From: Eledone cirrhosa
Taxonomy: Eukaryota
Assembly (NCBI GenBank): GCA_964016885.1
Contig: OZ024741.1
Span: 202,430,001-202,494,000, forward strand
Direction of reading: 5' to 3'
Length of the DNA: 64,000 nucleotides
The position numbers and the translations under genes were made by a program. Shown in pieces: positions 39,512-52,077 of this stretch. The notes below the pieces were generated by a model, which was given only the letters and a program-made list of their open reading frames with translations, did not search any database and was not told the origin of the DNA. Within the stretch, counting starts at the first letter, position 1; each line of letters begins with the position of its first letter.

Positions 39512-42151
39512 TATAACGGGTTTTAGGGTCAATTCTTAATATACATAATAGAGATCAGAAGGCATTTAGAACATTGACTAAATCCATTATCGATGTTGTA
39601 ACTCTATTTATTAGTCGTACATGTTGAACCGATACATTAGGTACAGGTCGTATCTACATGTGTAGGATGTAGTTTGGTCCGCTTCATTGCAAGATGGAGA
39701 TGTTGTTAGCAGCGATGAGTGTAGCCTGGTCTTGTCGATAAGAGAGGTGCGTGTAGACTAATGTCTCTCTTGGTCACCTCCGCTCACACTGGTGACGTAG
39801 TTCTGGACAGTCGAATTAGTGCACCGAAGGTTTCGATTGGCTCACACTTCAGCCAACTTACCTCCGTAACACCATTCCGCCGCAGAAGGAAAATACATTT
39901 TATTCACTGCTACATCACCCCCTGCTTAGGCTTACAGCCGACAGAGAAATAAGGGTAGCAGTTGAATGAAAGAAAAAGTACTATATAATAGTAAACACAA
40001 TAAAATATATCACTGATAAAGAAATGTTCATATTACAGGAAAGTCAGAAATAGTGTAATGTTCACCTTAGTTCATACATTTAATACAAATACAAGGGCGG
40101 AGCAAACTCCAAGAAGATTGCTGTAAATAACATAGTTCATATATAAAGAGTCTTGCAAAGCTTCTTGGGCCAATGTACCCGCCGACCGCTACGTGTGGTG
40201 GTGACATATGTAGGTGTGTGCGATGTTATATGTGTATTGTGGCTTGGCTGATGCCAGGTGTATGTGGGGGGAAAATGGGGCTCTTGTGTGAGAGTGTCTG
40301 TATAGGCCCGTTTTACCCTGTCAATGGACACAGTCTCTTTTTTACCCCCAATGTCTAGGGTGAATAGCTTATCTGTGCGCTCAAGCACGCGATAGGGACC
40401 GGTATAAGGTGGCATGAGAGGAGCTCTCACGGCGTCCTTTCGTAAAAAGACGTGGGTCCATGAAGCAATGTCTTTCGGGACCGAAGATTTGATTGTCTGT
40501 TGGCGAGGGTGCATAGGCGGAAGATTGCTGAAATATGATTGCAGTCTGCTCACATACAGAGCTGGGTCTGTTGCTGGTAGGTCCAATGGAGCTAACATCT
40601 GACCAGGCAGAGATATAGGCACTCCGTAAACCAACTCGGCGGGGGAGTAGCCTAGATCTTCCTTGATGGCTGCACGACAGCCCAGGAGGACAATTGGTAC
40701 ATATTCGCTCCACCGCTGCTGATCCGGATAAGCGCGCAGTGCGGCTTTCAATTGGCGGTGGAAGCGTTCAATCATTCCGTTAGAAGCTGGATGGTAGCTG
40801 GTCGTTCGAATGCGTTGCATTCCCAGGATCCTTGAAAGCTCTCGGAAAAGGTGTGACTCAAATTGTCCACCGCGGTCAGTGGTGATAGTGGCTGGAACTC
40901 CGTAACGCGATATCCAACCCGATACTAGAGCTCGCGCTACAGATTCCGCCGAAATGTCACTTAAAGGAATGGCTTCAGGCCAACGTGTGAAGCGATCTAT
41001 GCAGGTCAGGAGGTATGTAAATCCTCGGCTGACCGGCCATGGTCCGACAAGATCTATATGGACATGGCTGAACCTAGCGTCTGGAGTGCTGAAAGTTCCA
41101 AGGGGTGCGCGGATGTGTTTGTGCACCTTTGACTTTTGGCAGGATAGGCAGGAACGTGTCCAGGCAGTGATGTCACGCCTCATATTAGGCCAGAAGAATC
41201 TAGCCGAAATGAGCTTCACTGTGGTCGATATTCCAGGGTGTGCCAGACCGTGCAAGGTGTCGAAAACTGCTCGACGATGAGTCACTGGCACTAGAGGGCG
41301 AGGTGCATCTGTCGAGGTGTCGCAGATAATCTGTGTGTCCGAAGTGGGCACAGGCAGATATGCAAATTTGCCAGTTGCAAATTCAGAAGACGAGAGGTCC
41401 AAAGTATCCAGAGGTGGTTGTTCCGTGGCCATTCGTTGGAGGTCGATTTCCGCTGGCGATGACAGGGAATTAATTGGGAGGCGGGACAGTGCATCTGCCG
41501 CCGCATTCTGTTCACCAGAGATGTGTCGGATATCGCTGGTAAATTGCGAAACGAAGTCCAAGTGGCGAGTTTCGCGAGGTGAATATTTGTCCGGCTTAGA
41601 ACGCAGTGCGAACGTAAGCGGACGGTGGTCAGTGTATATAACAAATTGGCGACCCTCCAGTGAATGCCGAAAGTGTTTCACTGCAAGGTACATAGCCAAG
41701 AGTTCACGGCCGAATGTGCTATACCGTGTTTCTGCAGGCTTCACCATTTATAACGGGTTTTAGGGTCAATTCTTAATATACATAATAGAGATCAGAAGGC
41801 ATTTAGAACATTGACTAAATCCATTATCGATGTTGTAACTCTATTTATTAGTCGTACATGTTGAACGGATACATTAGGTACAGGTCGTATTTACATGTGT
41901 AGGATGTAGTTTGGTCCGCTTCATTGCAAGATGGAGATGTTGTTAGCAGCGATGAGTGTAGCCTGGTCTTGTCGATAAGAGAGGTGCGTGTAGACTAATG
42001 TCTCTCTTGGTCACCTCCGCTCACACTGGTGACGTAGTTCTGGACAGTCGAATTAGTGCACCGAAGGTTTCGATTGGCTCACACTTCAGCCAACTTACCT
42101 CCGTAACACCATTCCGCCGCAGAAGGAAAATACATTTTATTCACTGCTACA
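39512..42151 (-). mobile_element. Internally deleted Gypsy LTR retrotransposon, 2640 bp
   Basis: 403-bp LTRs 39512-39914 and 41749-42151 (2 differences seen by eye), termini TG...TA, TSD TACA (39508-39511, 42152-42155), PPT agcagggggtga, PBS remnant TGGTGA. Confidence 0.93.
40137..41747 (-). CDS. Uninterrupted 536-aa ORF: RNase H C-terminal part plus complete Gypsy integrase
   Basis: RELLA, TDH, ADALSR (RNase H); HGLAH...CLSC (HHCC); [24 protein letters not shown] (DDE); GPY motif. Confidence 0.92.
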   Translation of the reverse strand: MVKPAETRYSTFGRELLAMYLAVKHFRHSLEGRQFVIYTDHRPLTFALRSKPDKYSPRETRHLDFVSQFTSDIRHISGEQNAAADALSRLPINSLSSPAEIDLQRMATEQPPLDTLDLSSSEFATGKFAYLPVPTSDTQIICDTSTDAPRPLVPVTHRRAVFDTLHGLAHPGISTTVKLISARFFWPNMRRDITAWTRSCLSCQKSKVHKHIRAPLGTFSTPDARFSHVHIDLVGPWPVSRGFTYLLTCIDRFTRWPEAIPLSDISAESVARALVSGWISRYGVPATITTDRGGQFESHLFRELSRILGMQRIRTTSYHPASNGMIERFHRQLKAALRAYPDQQRWSEYVPIVLLGCRAAIKEDLGYSPAELVYGVPISLPGQMLAPLDLPATDPALYVSRLQSYFSNLPPMHPRQQTIKSSVPKDIASWTHVFLRKDAVRAPLMPPYTGPYRVLERTDKLFTLDIGGKKETVSIDRVKRAYTDTLTQEPHFPPTYTWHQPSHNTHITSHTPTYVTTTRSGRRVHWPKKLCKTLYI

Positions 42152-43070
42152 TACATGCTCCATGGATGTTTGTGGACTATTTTTTCAAAATACCAATATC
42201 ACAGATTGGAGCACAAAAAGAAACGTTTGTTCTTCATTTATTTCGGTTAAAGCATCCTGCTGGAATTTAGCACAGACCCGTTTAAATCCAGCGCCTTATA
42301 ACCCCGAGTGTAACCGGGTACACCAGCTAGAAAGACAAATGGAAACATTGTTTCCTCGTTTGAGGAAACAATGTTTTGACGAAAGTCGATTTAGTTCAAC
42401 AACAAATTAACAAACCATACTTGAAGACACGTTGAGGCTGTTGCAAAGGGCAATAACCCTAGACACAATTTTGATCAACTTTTTTTCACCTATAGCAAAT
42501 TTACCGGGACAGGTTTTTAGCTACTCAAATCTACTTCAGAGGTCACGCATTCATGTAAAAAATCAATAAAACTAAAGCGGGGGTTCGACTTTGCGCAAAG
42601 AACAAGGCAAACTTGCACATAGGAAAACTTTTTACAGGAACGTCCGATTTTCTTGAAAACTGTCGCAAAAGACTCGCCATTATGCCTCAGTTCAGGTAAA
42701 GTCACTTTTATTTCTTCTTCTGCACATGCGAGGGCGAAAATTGAAAAAAAAGAAATGTGAAAAAATCGACTTTTTCACCCTGCTTTAAAAATCAACTGAA
42801 AATTCAATTTCAAGCGAATTTGACTTCTGTCAGTCGTGCAAAGAACAATTTCAACGATACACTGTGTACCTGCAATTGATCCATTATTTATGCTCAATTA
42901 CACACCTGTGTCTACTAACCACTGTTTTTTTTCCTTGAGGTTTGAAGGTTTTTGCACCTGTGATGCGCGGGAAGTAACTTTCACACATTTTAACAACAGA
43001 GCAAAGGTCGACTTACACCCGGGCAACGCCGGGTACTTCTGCTAGTATATTTATATAATTCAATCTATAT

Positions 43071-44190
43071 ATGAGGTGTGTCAGAAAATCAACAGGACTT
43101 AGTGTCCTGTGTGTTGTCTGAGCTATGAATGGGGTAGGGATTGTAGTCAGCAAAAAACACTACTTACCGCGGTGGAACAATTGGGTTGCGCTTGGTAAGT
43201 CGCCGGACCTGTAAGTCGGTGGTGTAGAAATACAAGGTACTTATTTCCACCCAGCAAACGAATTTGCGCCTTTTTTTACTTGAAAAACAGTTGCAGCTCT
43301 TTCTTTGGACAAACAGGACGTTATGTAAGTCCCTTCCCTGGAGCAACTGGCAAGATGTAGAACTTACCTAGAAACTTTGACCCTCTCGGCAAGGGCCCAA
43401 CTATATTTTTCCCTTATTTCAAATACATTTTTATTGTTCAACTTAATAATGTGGTATGCTACCAGCTTTTCAATCTCCTTGAGTTTATATTACGGAAGAA
43501 TATAAACATTTATCTATGTTTTAACAGCCTTCTGATAATTTCCGCCACCATTGAATCTTCACACAACTTAAAAATATTTCTTCTGAGATGATCTTTCAAC
43601 CAACTAAAATAGCCCATCTGCTAAAGGATTAGCAGGCTGTGTCACCATAGGACATAATATCCAGGGAATATATAACTCAGCTTTCTGCAGCCATTCTATG
43701 TTTTTCCACATGCTTTTGTTAACAGCTGCTCATTTTAGGCCATCAAGCAATGGGCACAGAGCAATAAACCAACCTGAAGTTTCCTGTCCGGCTGGGGAAA
43801 ACTCCACCAGAAGCACTTGGAATACTGCAGCAAATGTATAGAGGTGAAACAATGTCGTGCTCACGAGTTTTCCAGTGGCACAAAATGTTCAAAGAGGGAT
43901 GCGAGCTCATGGAAGATGACCCCAGAAGTGGAAGGCCTTCAACAAGCAGGACAGAGGACAAAATTGAGTGCTTGAAGCAGGTGGTGCATGGCGATTGTCA
44001 GTTGACTCTTCAACTGATTGTGTGCTGGGCATGAACCACAACAGCATTTGGAAGAATATTACTGAAGATTTGGGCATGTGGAAGATCTACACAAAAATAG
44101 TGATGAAGGTGCTGATTGATGACCAGAAGGAGTGGCACATGCAAGTGTGTTAGGACATCCTTGAGTATCTTGAAACTGATGAATTTAGTA
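43071..44190 (+). mobile_element. Mariner transposon remnant (TIR plus transposase N-terminus), interrupted
   Basis: atgaggtgtgtcagaaaa TIR-like start; LGKTPPEAL...VFQWHKMFKEGCELMEDDPRSGRPSTS at 43750-44190. Confidence 0.8.
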
Positions 44191-44790
44191 AAAGATGCAT
44201 GTCACAAAGAGCTTTATTTCAGAAGAAAAATTGGCATGAATAATCTTGAGAATCTCCTCGAAGCATCTACTCAATGAATCACACAATGACTGCTTCAATA
44301 TGAGGTCTGAAACGTTGACATATTCGAATCAGATGATCTTTATCTATTTTGGACATTGTGCTAGTTATGGCGGACTTCAGAGATTTTATGGGGGCATTGA
44401 CTTCCTTCTTGACTATACATCATACATAGTAGTCCAACAGATTCAAGTCTGGAGAGTTAGGAGGACATGTTTGGAGTGACATGATAATGGGGATTATTAG
44501 ACGGTGTAGAGTCTTGTTGGTAGGTGTATGGTCTTACTTTATTCATGCTCTGTATCCAAGGCCTACAGCCCTCTCCAATAGCTCCTTATAGTCAGCAGTA
44601 TGACCCTTAAGACCTGAAGAAAGAAGTGAGGAGGCATTACTTGATCACATCTGCCAGAACCATCACAGTTGCTGAAAACTGTGTGTGCAGGAACCGATGG
44701 AATGTCTATAAAGTCACTGCGTAACCTTTTGGTCTTGATCAAAGGTTTTCTCATCAGAGAAAAATCAAAACATTCCAGGCTCCAATGTTA
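44190..44790 (-). mobile_element. maT/DD37D-like transposon 3' fragment
   Basis: PPNSPDLNLLDYYV on the minus strand; homologous to 60230-60800. Confidence 0.75.
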
Positions 44791-44894
44791 AACTGTGAAG
44801 TAAGTAAAAGTAATTAGTTCTACATATGACGGTCTTCTATATAGTTTTCCTCTATCAAACACCATCTACAAGATATATTTTATCTTAACATTTT

Positions 44895-47850
44895 ACTGGT
44901 ATACACAGAAGCTATGGATTTGGCACAAGAAACAAGGATGGAACTAGGCCTCTGAAGTTCTGTGAGGATCTTGACTTAATAATCTGTAACACAACCTTCA
45001 AAAAAACCAGCCAACCACTTGCTTACCTACCAATTGGGAGGAAGAGGGCACAAGCAAAATAAACTTAATCCTCATCAGGAAATGACACAAACAAATGGTT
45101 GTTAATACAAAGTCCTTCCTAGGGAGGAGTGTACCTCCCAACATAGATTAGTTGTCAGTGATTTTAAAGTAAGGTCCAGGTGGACCAAGAGACAAAAGTC
45201 AGTTGGAAGCTAAGAGAACCCTATGTAGGTGACAAATTTAGGGAAATCTTTCTTAACACCTATGACAGTTAGGGACATATGACATGGAGAAAATTTGGGA
45301 ATTTCTACGGGACAACCTGCTGGAAGCCACAAGCCAGGTCTGCGCCTGGAGAATGGTCCTGCCAAGACAGAGGGTGACATGCTGGTGGAATGACAAGATA
45401 GAAACAGCCATTAAAATAAAAAGACAAACTTGGAGAAAATGGAGGAATGGAAGAGACAAAACAAGAAGGGAGGCTAGGCACTAAGTATATCTAGTGAGAG
45501 AAGAGGCAGAAAAAAAAAGTTTGCACATGTTCTGTGGTGAAGATCAGAGGCATGAACTGTATAGGATTGTGAAACAGTATGCTAGAGAAAATCGTGATGT
45601 GGTTGGAGAAAAGTGTGTTTGAAATGACAGTGGAGCACTTGCCCTGTCTGAAGCCACAAAGAAGGGGGTATGGAAGACATACTCTGAGAGACTGCTGAAG
45701 AAGGAAAATGAATGGGACAGTGAGGGCCTATCCCATGCTGACCCCACTGACTAGCAATAAAAGTTGACAGCAGTTTGATAAATAAAGCAATTAAGGACAT
45801 GAAGGTAGAAAAGCAGCTGGGCCATCTGGTATAGAAGCTGAAATGCTAAAAGCATCTGGCATGGTAGGATACGAGCTAGTCAGATGCATAGTTCATCAAG
45901 TAGTACAGGATGGTGTCACACCCAATGACTGATGCAGCAGTGTCATTGTAAATTGCTACAAAGGCAAAGGGGATGCACTAGAGAGAAGTAACTATAGAGG
46001 CATCAAGTTAATGGACCAAGGCATGAAAGTTACTGAAAGGGTTATAGCACAACTAATTAGGGAAACAAACAAATTAGATGAGATGCAGTTCAGATTTATG
46101 CCAGGTAGGGGTACTACTGATGCCCTCTTTCTAGTGAGACAACTACAGGAGAGATATTTAACTAAGAGTAAGCCACTGTATCTAACATTTGTTGATCTGG
46201 AGAAAGCCTTTGGCAGGATCCTCCACTCTGTAATCTGGTGGACAGTTAGGAAGCTAGGTGTAGATGAATGGCTTGTGAGGGCCATGAAGGCCATGTATAA
46301 AGGAGCAACCAGCAGAGTGAGAGGTGACAATAGGTACAGTGATGAATTTGAAGTGCAGATGGAGATCCACCTGGGATCAGTCCTCAGCCTACTCCTGTTT
46401 ATCATTGTACTTCAGGCCATCACTGAGAAGTTTAAAACTGGTGCTCCATGGGAGCTCCTTTATGCTGACAATCTAGTCCTCATAGCTGAATCAGCTGAAT
46501 CTGCAAGAGAGTTAGAAGAAATTTCAAGCACGGAAGAAAAACCTAGAGCTGAGGGGCCTAAAAGCAAAGATCAAAGTTTTAATAAATAGAAAAGAAGACA
46601 GGAAGGTGATACCATCAGGAAAGTGGCCTTGTTTGCTATGTCAGAAAGGATTGAGCAGAAATTCCATAAGGTGCTCACAATGTAAATTATGAACACAGGT
46701 GATTTAGTGGGATTGCAGGTAGACTAACGAAAATCTAGAATTTATATGTGACAGCTACTAGTGTGGTTCCATAGAAGTTGTTGGTAGCTTTCGCTACCTA
46801 GGCAATCAAATTAGTAGTGTGGGAGGATGTGCTGATTGTGTGATAGCTAGGATAAGAACAGACTGGAAGGAGTTTAGAGATCCATTACCACTACTAACAA
46901 CAAAATGCTTTTCTCTCAGAGTGAAGAGTAGACTGCATGATGCCTGTGTGTGAACTGCCATGCTGCATGGCTGTGAAACATGGGCCTTGACTGCAGAAGA
47001 CCTGCAGAGGCTAGAAAGAAATGAGTCAAGTATGCTCCATTGGATGTGAAATCTTAGTGGGCATGAGCGACATAGCATAAGCAAACTGAGGAATTGGATG
47101 TAGTGTGCAAGATAGAAGACTGAGTTGTGATAAGCATGGAAATTAGCAGCTGCATAAAGAAATGCAGAGATACCCTAGTGGCTGGGACCTGTGGAAGTGG
47201 TAGACCCAGGAATAGATGGGATGAGGTTGTGAAAACAAACCTTAAAAAACTACACTTCACAACAGAAATGACAAAAGACTGCGAAGGCTGGCGCTATGCA
47301 GAGCTGAGGAAGACCCGACCTACAGCATACAATGTGACCTGACCTATCGCCATGCTCCCCCAACAAACACTTTCCAATAGTTATCCTCAACAGCTCTACT
47401 TCAACCCCCATCGCCCATGCTCCCTCCATTCCCAGCAGCTTCCCCTTCCTGTGAAGCAGTTGGTGATGGGAAGGCCATTCAGCCATGGAGGGCTAAACAA
47501 ACAAACAAGACAAACAAAATGAAGGGTTGAGAGGACTCTTCAGTCATGTCAAAGACATGACAGCTTCCCTAGTGTTTATTGATCAACATGATAAATGCAG
47601 CCAGTACACACTGTAAAATGGTTGGTGATAGGAAGGCATTCAGCTGCAGAAATCTTGCCCAACAAAAGGGTTGGGAGAACCCACAGTTGTGTTAAAGACA
47701 TGACAAACTCTCTTGTGACTTGGTGGAGCATTGACTGTACATAAAGCAAGACACAGATCCCTGGCCTGCATGGGATATCAGTGGCTCTGTTTTAGTAATG
47801 ACCTGATCTATGTAGACCCGTCCAAGCCTTCCTAGCAGAGAAATCACCAT
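44895..47850 (+). mobile_element. Decayed RTE LINE (APE C-terminus, RT, C-terminus, 3' UTR)
   Basis: QFRFMPGRGTTDA, FVDLEKAF, LSLLLF, PWELLYADNL, GRPRNRWDEVV. Confidence 0.92.
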
Positions 47851-48715
47851 TATTGTTTAACGTCCATTTTCTATGCTTGCATGGGGGAGACAGGTTATCA
47901 AGACAAATCAGATCAAGCAACCATATCTTCTTCATACAGATCTGTTCTGTATTTTGCCTTGGTTTCTATGGATGGATGCCCTTACTAACATCAACCATGT
48001 TAGTGGGAACTGGATGTTTTTTATCGTGGCACTAAAACAACCATCCAACAAGTTATACTGGGTATATTTTTTATTGTGTCATTAGCACAACCACCTTACA
48101 CAGTAGACTCGGTATTTTTTGTTGTTTCAGCAGCATGATCACCTTACAAGTTGGATTGGGTGCTTTTTGTCAAATCCCCAGCATGATCAAATTACTGGGT
48201 GGACTGGGTGCTTTTTGTTGTTTTCGCTGCATGACTACATTACAGGGTAAAGTGGTTGCTGCCTTTTGTCCTGTTACCAGTACGACCATCTTACAGGGTT
48301 GACAAAGTGATTTTTGTTGTGGCAGCAGCATTATATCCGGTTTTGCAGGCTTGTATTAATATTGGATGCGGTGAGTGGGATATTTATTTAATGAGGATAG
48401 GGTATTAAAACTGAAATGGATGAATGGAGGAAGAGTAGGAAGAAAAATGGTGCAGTAGTGTCCTCTACACATTTGTTTCATCCTGTGCACATGGGAAGGC
48501 AGATTTTCTGCAGTACAGCATAACACCAGAGATCTCAATCCTGTGTCATCTCCATTAAGAAGTTCAATTGTGCAAGGTTAGTTTTTATCACTTCATCCAA
48601 GGCTTTTATAGATCTTCCTCTTCCATAGTTTCTATCAACTCTGAGTGCCTTGCAAATTTTTATCCAACTGTCATCCTCCATCACTGCATCTGACCCCTTT
48701 TATGCCCAGTTTTTC
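47848..48715 (-). mobile_element. RTE 3' end, tail-to-tail with the previous copy
   Basis: tttaacgtccattttc 3' UTR start, repeat array, GRGRSIKALDEVIK C-terminus. Confidence 0.8.
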
Positions 48716-48729
48716 ATAGATCTCTTGTT

Positions 48730-49310
48730 ATTGCACAGAAGAACTCTGAAGAGTATGCTCAACCTAAATTTGCTAATGCCCTTTCAGAGACTAATAATGC
48801 TGATGTTGCTCTGTCAAAACCTACTTCAGCGGCTGTTCAGCAGCCAAGTCACAAGCAATTATGCCCCTTCTGTGGCAATACCAGACATCCGTGATATCTC
48901 TGCCCTGTTAAGGATACTTCTTGCTCAAAGTAACCAAAAGTCTGTTGCTGCTGCAGTCCATCTAGATAACAACCAGTCATGGGAGAGCCCTACTTTGGCT
49001 GCAATTTCTGCAGGCACATCGAGTACTTTATCTCAAGCGATAAAAGGTGTTTCCATCAACGGTTGTAATGTCGCGGTCCTCATAGATACCGGGAGCTCTG
49101 AGAATATTATCAGCAATGAGATTACAAACTGACTAAAGTTAAAATATGACCTGGACAAAGTAAATGATATCTCTATGGCTTCCTCTTCATTAACTGCAAA
49201 ATCTGAGGGAACTTGCTTGCTGGATCATCAGTTTCAAGGGAAACATACCACTGTGTAAAGTTTTCAGTAATGTCAAATCTGTGTACTAACATGATCTTGG
49301 GTCAACTGTT
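48730..49310 (+). mobile_element. Gypsy gag-protease fragment
   Basis: CPFCGNTRHP*YLCP knuckle and VLIDTGSSENII aspartic protease motif. Confidence 0.8.
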
Positions 49311-49437
49311 GTCAATTTGCAGCTTCACGTTGTCAAATATATCACCACCAACAGAAAATACACCACAATATGGACAGTTATATATTAATGACGCAAATGA
49401 AGCTGAGCAGCACAGATTGGAAGTAACACCAAATAAT

Positions 49438-49617
49438 TGTTTCTACTTTTGGCACAAGGTCAGCAATTATCCCAGTGTATTACTGGTACTTTATTTTATT
49501 GACTCCATAAGGACGAACGGCAAAGTTAACCTCGGCGGGATTTGAACTCAGATCATAAAGGGCCGTAACTCTATGCTGCAAAGCATGGCATCTGACCCTC
49601 TGCCGATACTGCCAAAG
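49438..49617 (-). mobile_element. tRNA-derived SINE inserted in the Helitron ORF
   Basis: Family match; 11-bp TSD CACCAAATAAT at 49427-49437 and 49618-49628. Confidence 0.92.
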
Positions 49618-49793
49618 CACCAAATAATGACATCTCACTGCAAACAATGACTATGATAAGTGAAGTATTGCATGAATGTAATCCATATGTTAAAGTGTAC
49701 AAAACAATGCATGCCACAGAACAAGAAGAATAGCAAAGAGCAAAAAGAGAAAATCGTGCAATACAGAACTGTGAATTAAGATTCAGAAGAGGA

Positions 49794-50391
49794 TCATCAT
49801 CATCATCATCATCATCATCACCGTTTTACGTCCGTTCTTCCACGCTAGCATGGGTTAGACGGGTTGTCCTGTTGTGGGCAGTGTCTGGTCGGCTGACCAT
49901 GCCTTGCTCATACAGGAACTGATTTGGCTTGATTTCTACAGCTGGATGCCCTTCCTAACACCAACCTCATTTACAGTGAGTGCTGGGTACTTTTTTCGTG
50001 GCGCCTACACGTCCACTTTACAGTGTGGGCTGGGTGCTTTTTTTCCGTGGCACCTCCACGACCACCTTGCGGTGGGGGGAGTGGGGGCATATTGTTTATA
50101 TGCTTCAGCATGTACCCATGGGAGGTCGGGTACCCTGTATTACTGCGTGACGCCAGAAGTCACGGTCGTGTGTCATTGTCTTTGAGAGGTGTAATTGGGT
50201 AAGGTCGGCTTTTATCACCTCATCCCAGGTCATCTTGGGTCTCCCCACTCCGCGGTTTCCATCAACTTTTAGTGCTCTGCACCTTTTTATGCAGCTATCA
50301 TCCTTCATACGCATCACATGTCCATACCAGCGCAACCGCCTCTCCTGCACACAGCATTTTGATTCCTCTTATGCTCAGTCTCTCTCTCAAT
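49794..50391 (-). mobile_element. Young 5'-truncated RTE copy inserted in the Helitron ORF
   Basis: QERRLRWYGHVMRMKDD...; (GAT)n tail; highly similar to 2603-3194. Confidence 0.92.
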
Positions 50392-50984
50392 ATGAAATGC
50401 TATAATTTACCAGCTAGGAATGAAATAGCTGTTGCTTTTGTGGGGATTGATGGCATACCACTTGTACACAACAGTCATCGACCCTAATACCATCCCCCTC
50501 AGAAAATACCATATATTTCATGTCACTTTGACCTCATAACCTACCCATGTGGTGAATTTGGGTGACATTCCATCAAAGCTTCTCATATCAATGGTCCTTT
50601 GATGGGCAGGCACGTTTTGATCCCAAGATGGAAGTTAGCCCCCAGTGATCCCAACATCCCTTTTGCTTTGGAAAGAGCCCAGTTTCCAGTAAGACTATTC
50701 CAGTACGCTATGGCAATCAACCACCAGGTGAAACAGCGAGCTTGTCTGATACTCAAGCCTTGCTAGGCTCAGGTGGCTCTGGAAGATCACATTCAAGATC
50801 CTGAAAGCAGCCTGGGTGCCGGTGGCCAACGCCCTCACATTCTCTATCCAGGAGACCCTAGAGTCTAACCGAGCCTATGACTGTGAGCGCCTCTTCTATT
50901 TCACCCCACTCACCCTCAGCCTCTCCAACTCTGGTGCTGACTGAGGTAGCTGTCGACAGCAGCTTTCATCAAGGCCAATGTTTC

Positions 50985-52077
50985 CATGTCCAGTCGTTTG
51001 AGTGAAGTCAAGTTGAACGAAGTCATTTTGAGCGATGCCTATTAAGTGATGTCAGTTTATATATTATATATAAACACACACATACAACAAAAACTTTTCA
51101 CTCCCGTTTTTCAATCCTTCTACATATATATTGTGATGGACAGACAGAGGGAGAAACAGATTCTCTTTTATAATATAGACTAGCAGAAAACCACCCGGGG
51201 GGGGGGGGGTTCTGCTAGTCTATATATCTAAAACAGAGAATGTCTGTCTGTCTGTCAGCTCACTAAAACTTGAGAAGCATCCAACCGATTGTTTTCAAAC
51301 TTTAGACATGTAATACTTATGGTCCTGTGAGTGTTTTGAGCAAAAAATTATTTCAAATTTTCAATGCCCTAGGGACCGCATTAGGCGATTTAGCGTTCTC
51401 TCTATATAATTCTTAGTCTTTCTTTTTAGATAGATACATAGATATAACGTTGCGCCCTTATAATATCTGTCTGTATGTCTGCCTGTCTGCATTACGTCAT
51501 TATGACGCGCTCAGCGCGATTCCCTCGGCCTCAGTGACCAAAGTCAGTGGAGAGGGGAAGGTAATGTTTCTGTAGCACGTGTTTTAGCGTCTATTCACTC
51601 TCTCTCTCTCTCTCTCCCTCCCGCTATCCCCCTCTCGTAGTCTGTCTCTTTCTTTCACTCTCTCTCTACGCACGTGTTTCCACTGTCGGACAGACAGACA
51701 GAGAAATTGCTGGTTATATATATAAGTAGATTGATTGAAAGCAATGGGATATTTTTTTTATATATGTGTAATATTATTATATATAACAATATCGTGAACA
51801 AATCAGGTTGTGGTACGTGTATCGGCTAAAAGGTTCATAGGCTGACTATCAAGTAGTGATGCTAGAGCTGTGAAATCTTGCATGCATTAATTTCAATTCT
51901 TCTTATTAATAACTGCATTGTTTCATTCCTGGGACTATGTTGAAAAATAAATCTCATTTGGTCATTTCACGAGAGTATCTTGGTCAACCTTTGAACTTGT
52001 CGCCTTTAGCATTATTCAAAATAACTTCGCTCAAAATGATTTTGTTCAAAATGACTTCGCTCAAAAGGAATGGAACC
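50985..52077. mobile_element. Mutator-like MITE with 15-bp subterminal repeats inserted in the CRE element
   Basis: ttgagtgaagtca../ttgaacgaagtcatt repeats at the left end, inverted (aatgacttcgctcaa) at the right end; flanking direct repeat (c)caatgtttc; removal rejoins FIKANVS|SFGEA. Confidence 0.7.
51060..51730. mobile_element. Cluster of non-autonomous Helitron termini
   Basis: 51219-51500 matches the 5' part of 56047-57590; TCTA(T/C)..(GTCT)n starts at 51179 (-), 51219 (+) and 51730 (-). Confidence 0.8.

Larger units (their letters stand above)
37131..43045 (+). mobile_element. Probable large non-autonomous Helitron (5' end not found) carrying repeats and a Gypsy insertion
   Basis: 3' end cccgggcaacgccgggtacttctgCTAG|T at 43018-43046; ~120-bp tandem units at 37200-37510; CpG-rich throughout; left boundary uncertain. 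Confidence 0.55.

Noticed and set aside
39597-39914. 318-bp TG...CA LTR plus an 85-bp duplicated flank
   Set aside because: Gives no TSD or PBS; the 403-bp definition gives the TACA TSD and an adjacent TGG PBS
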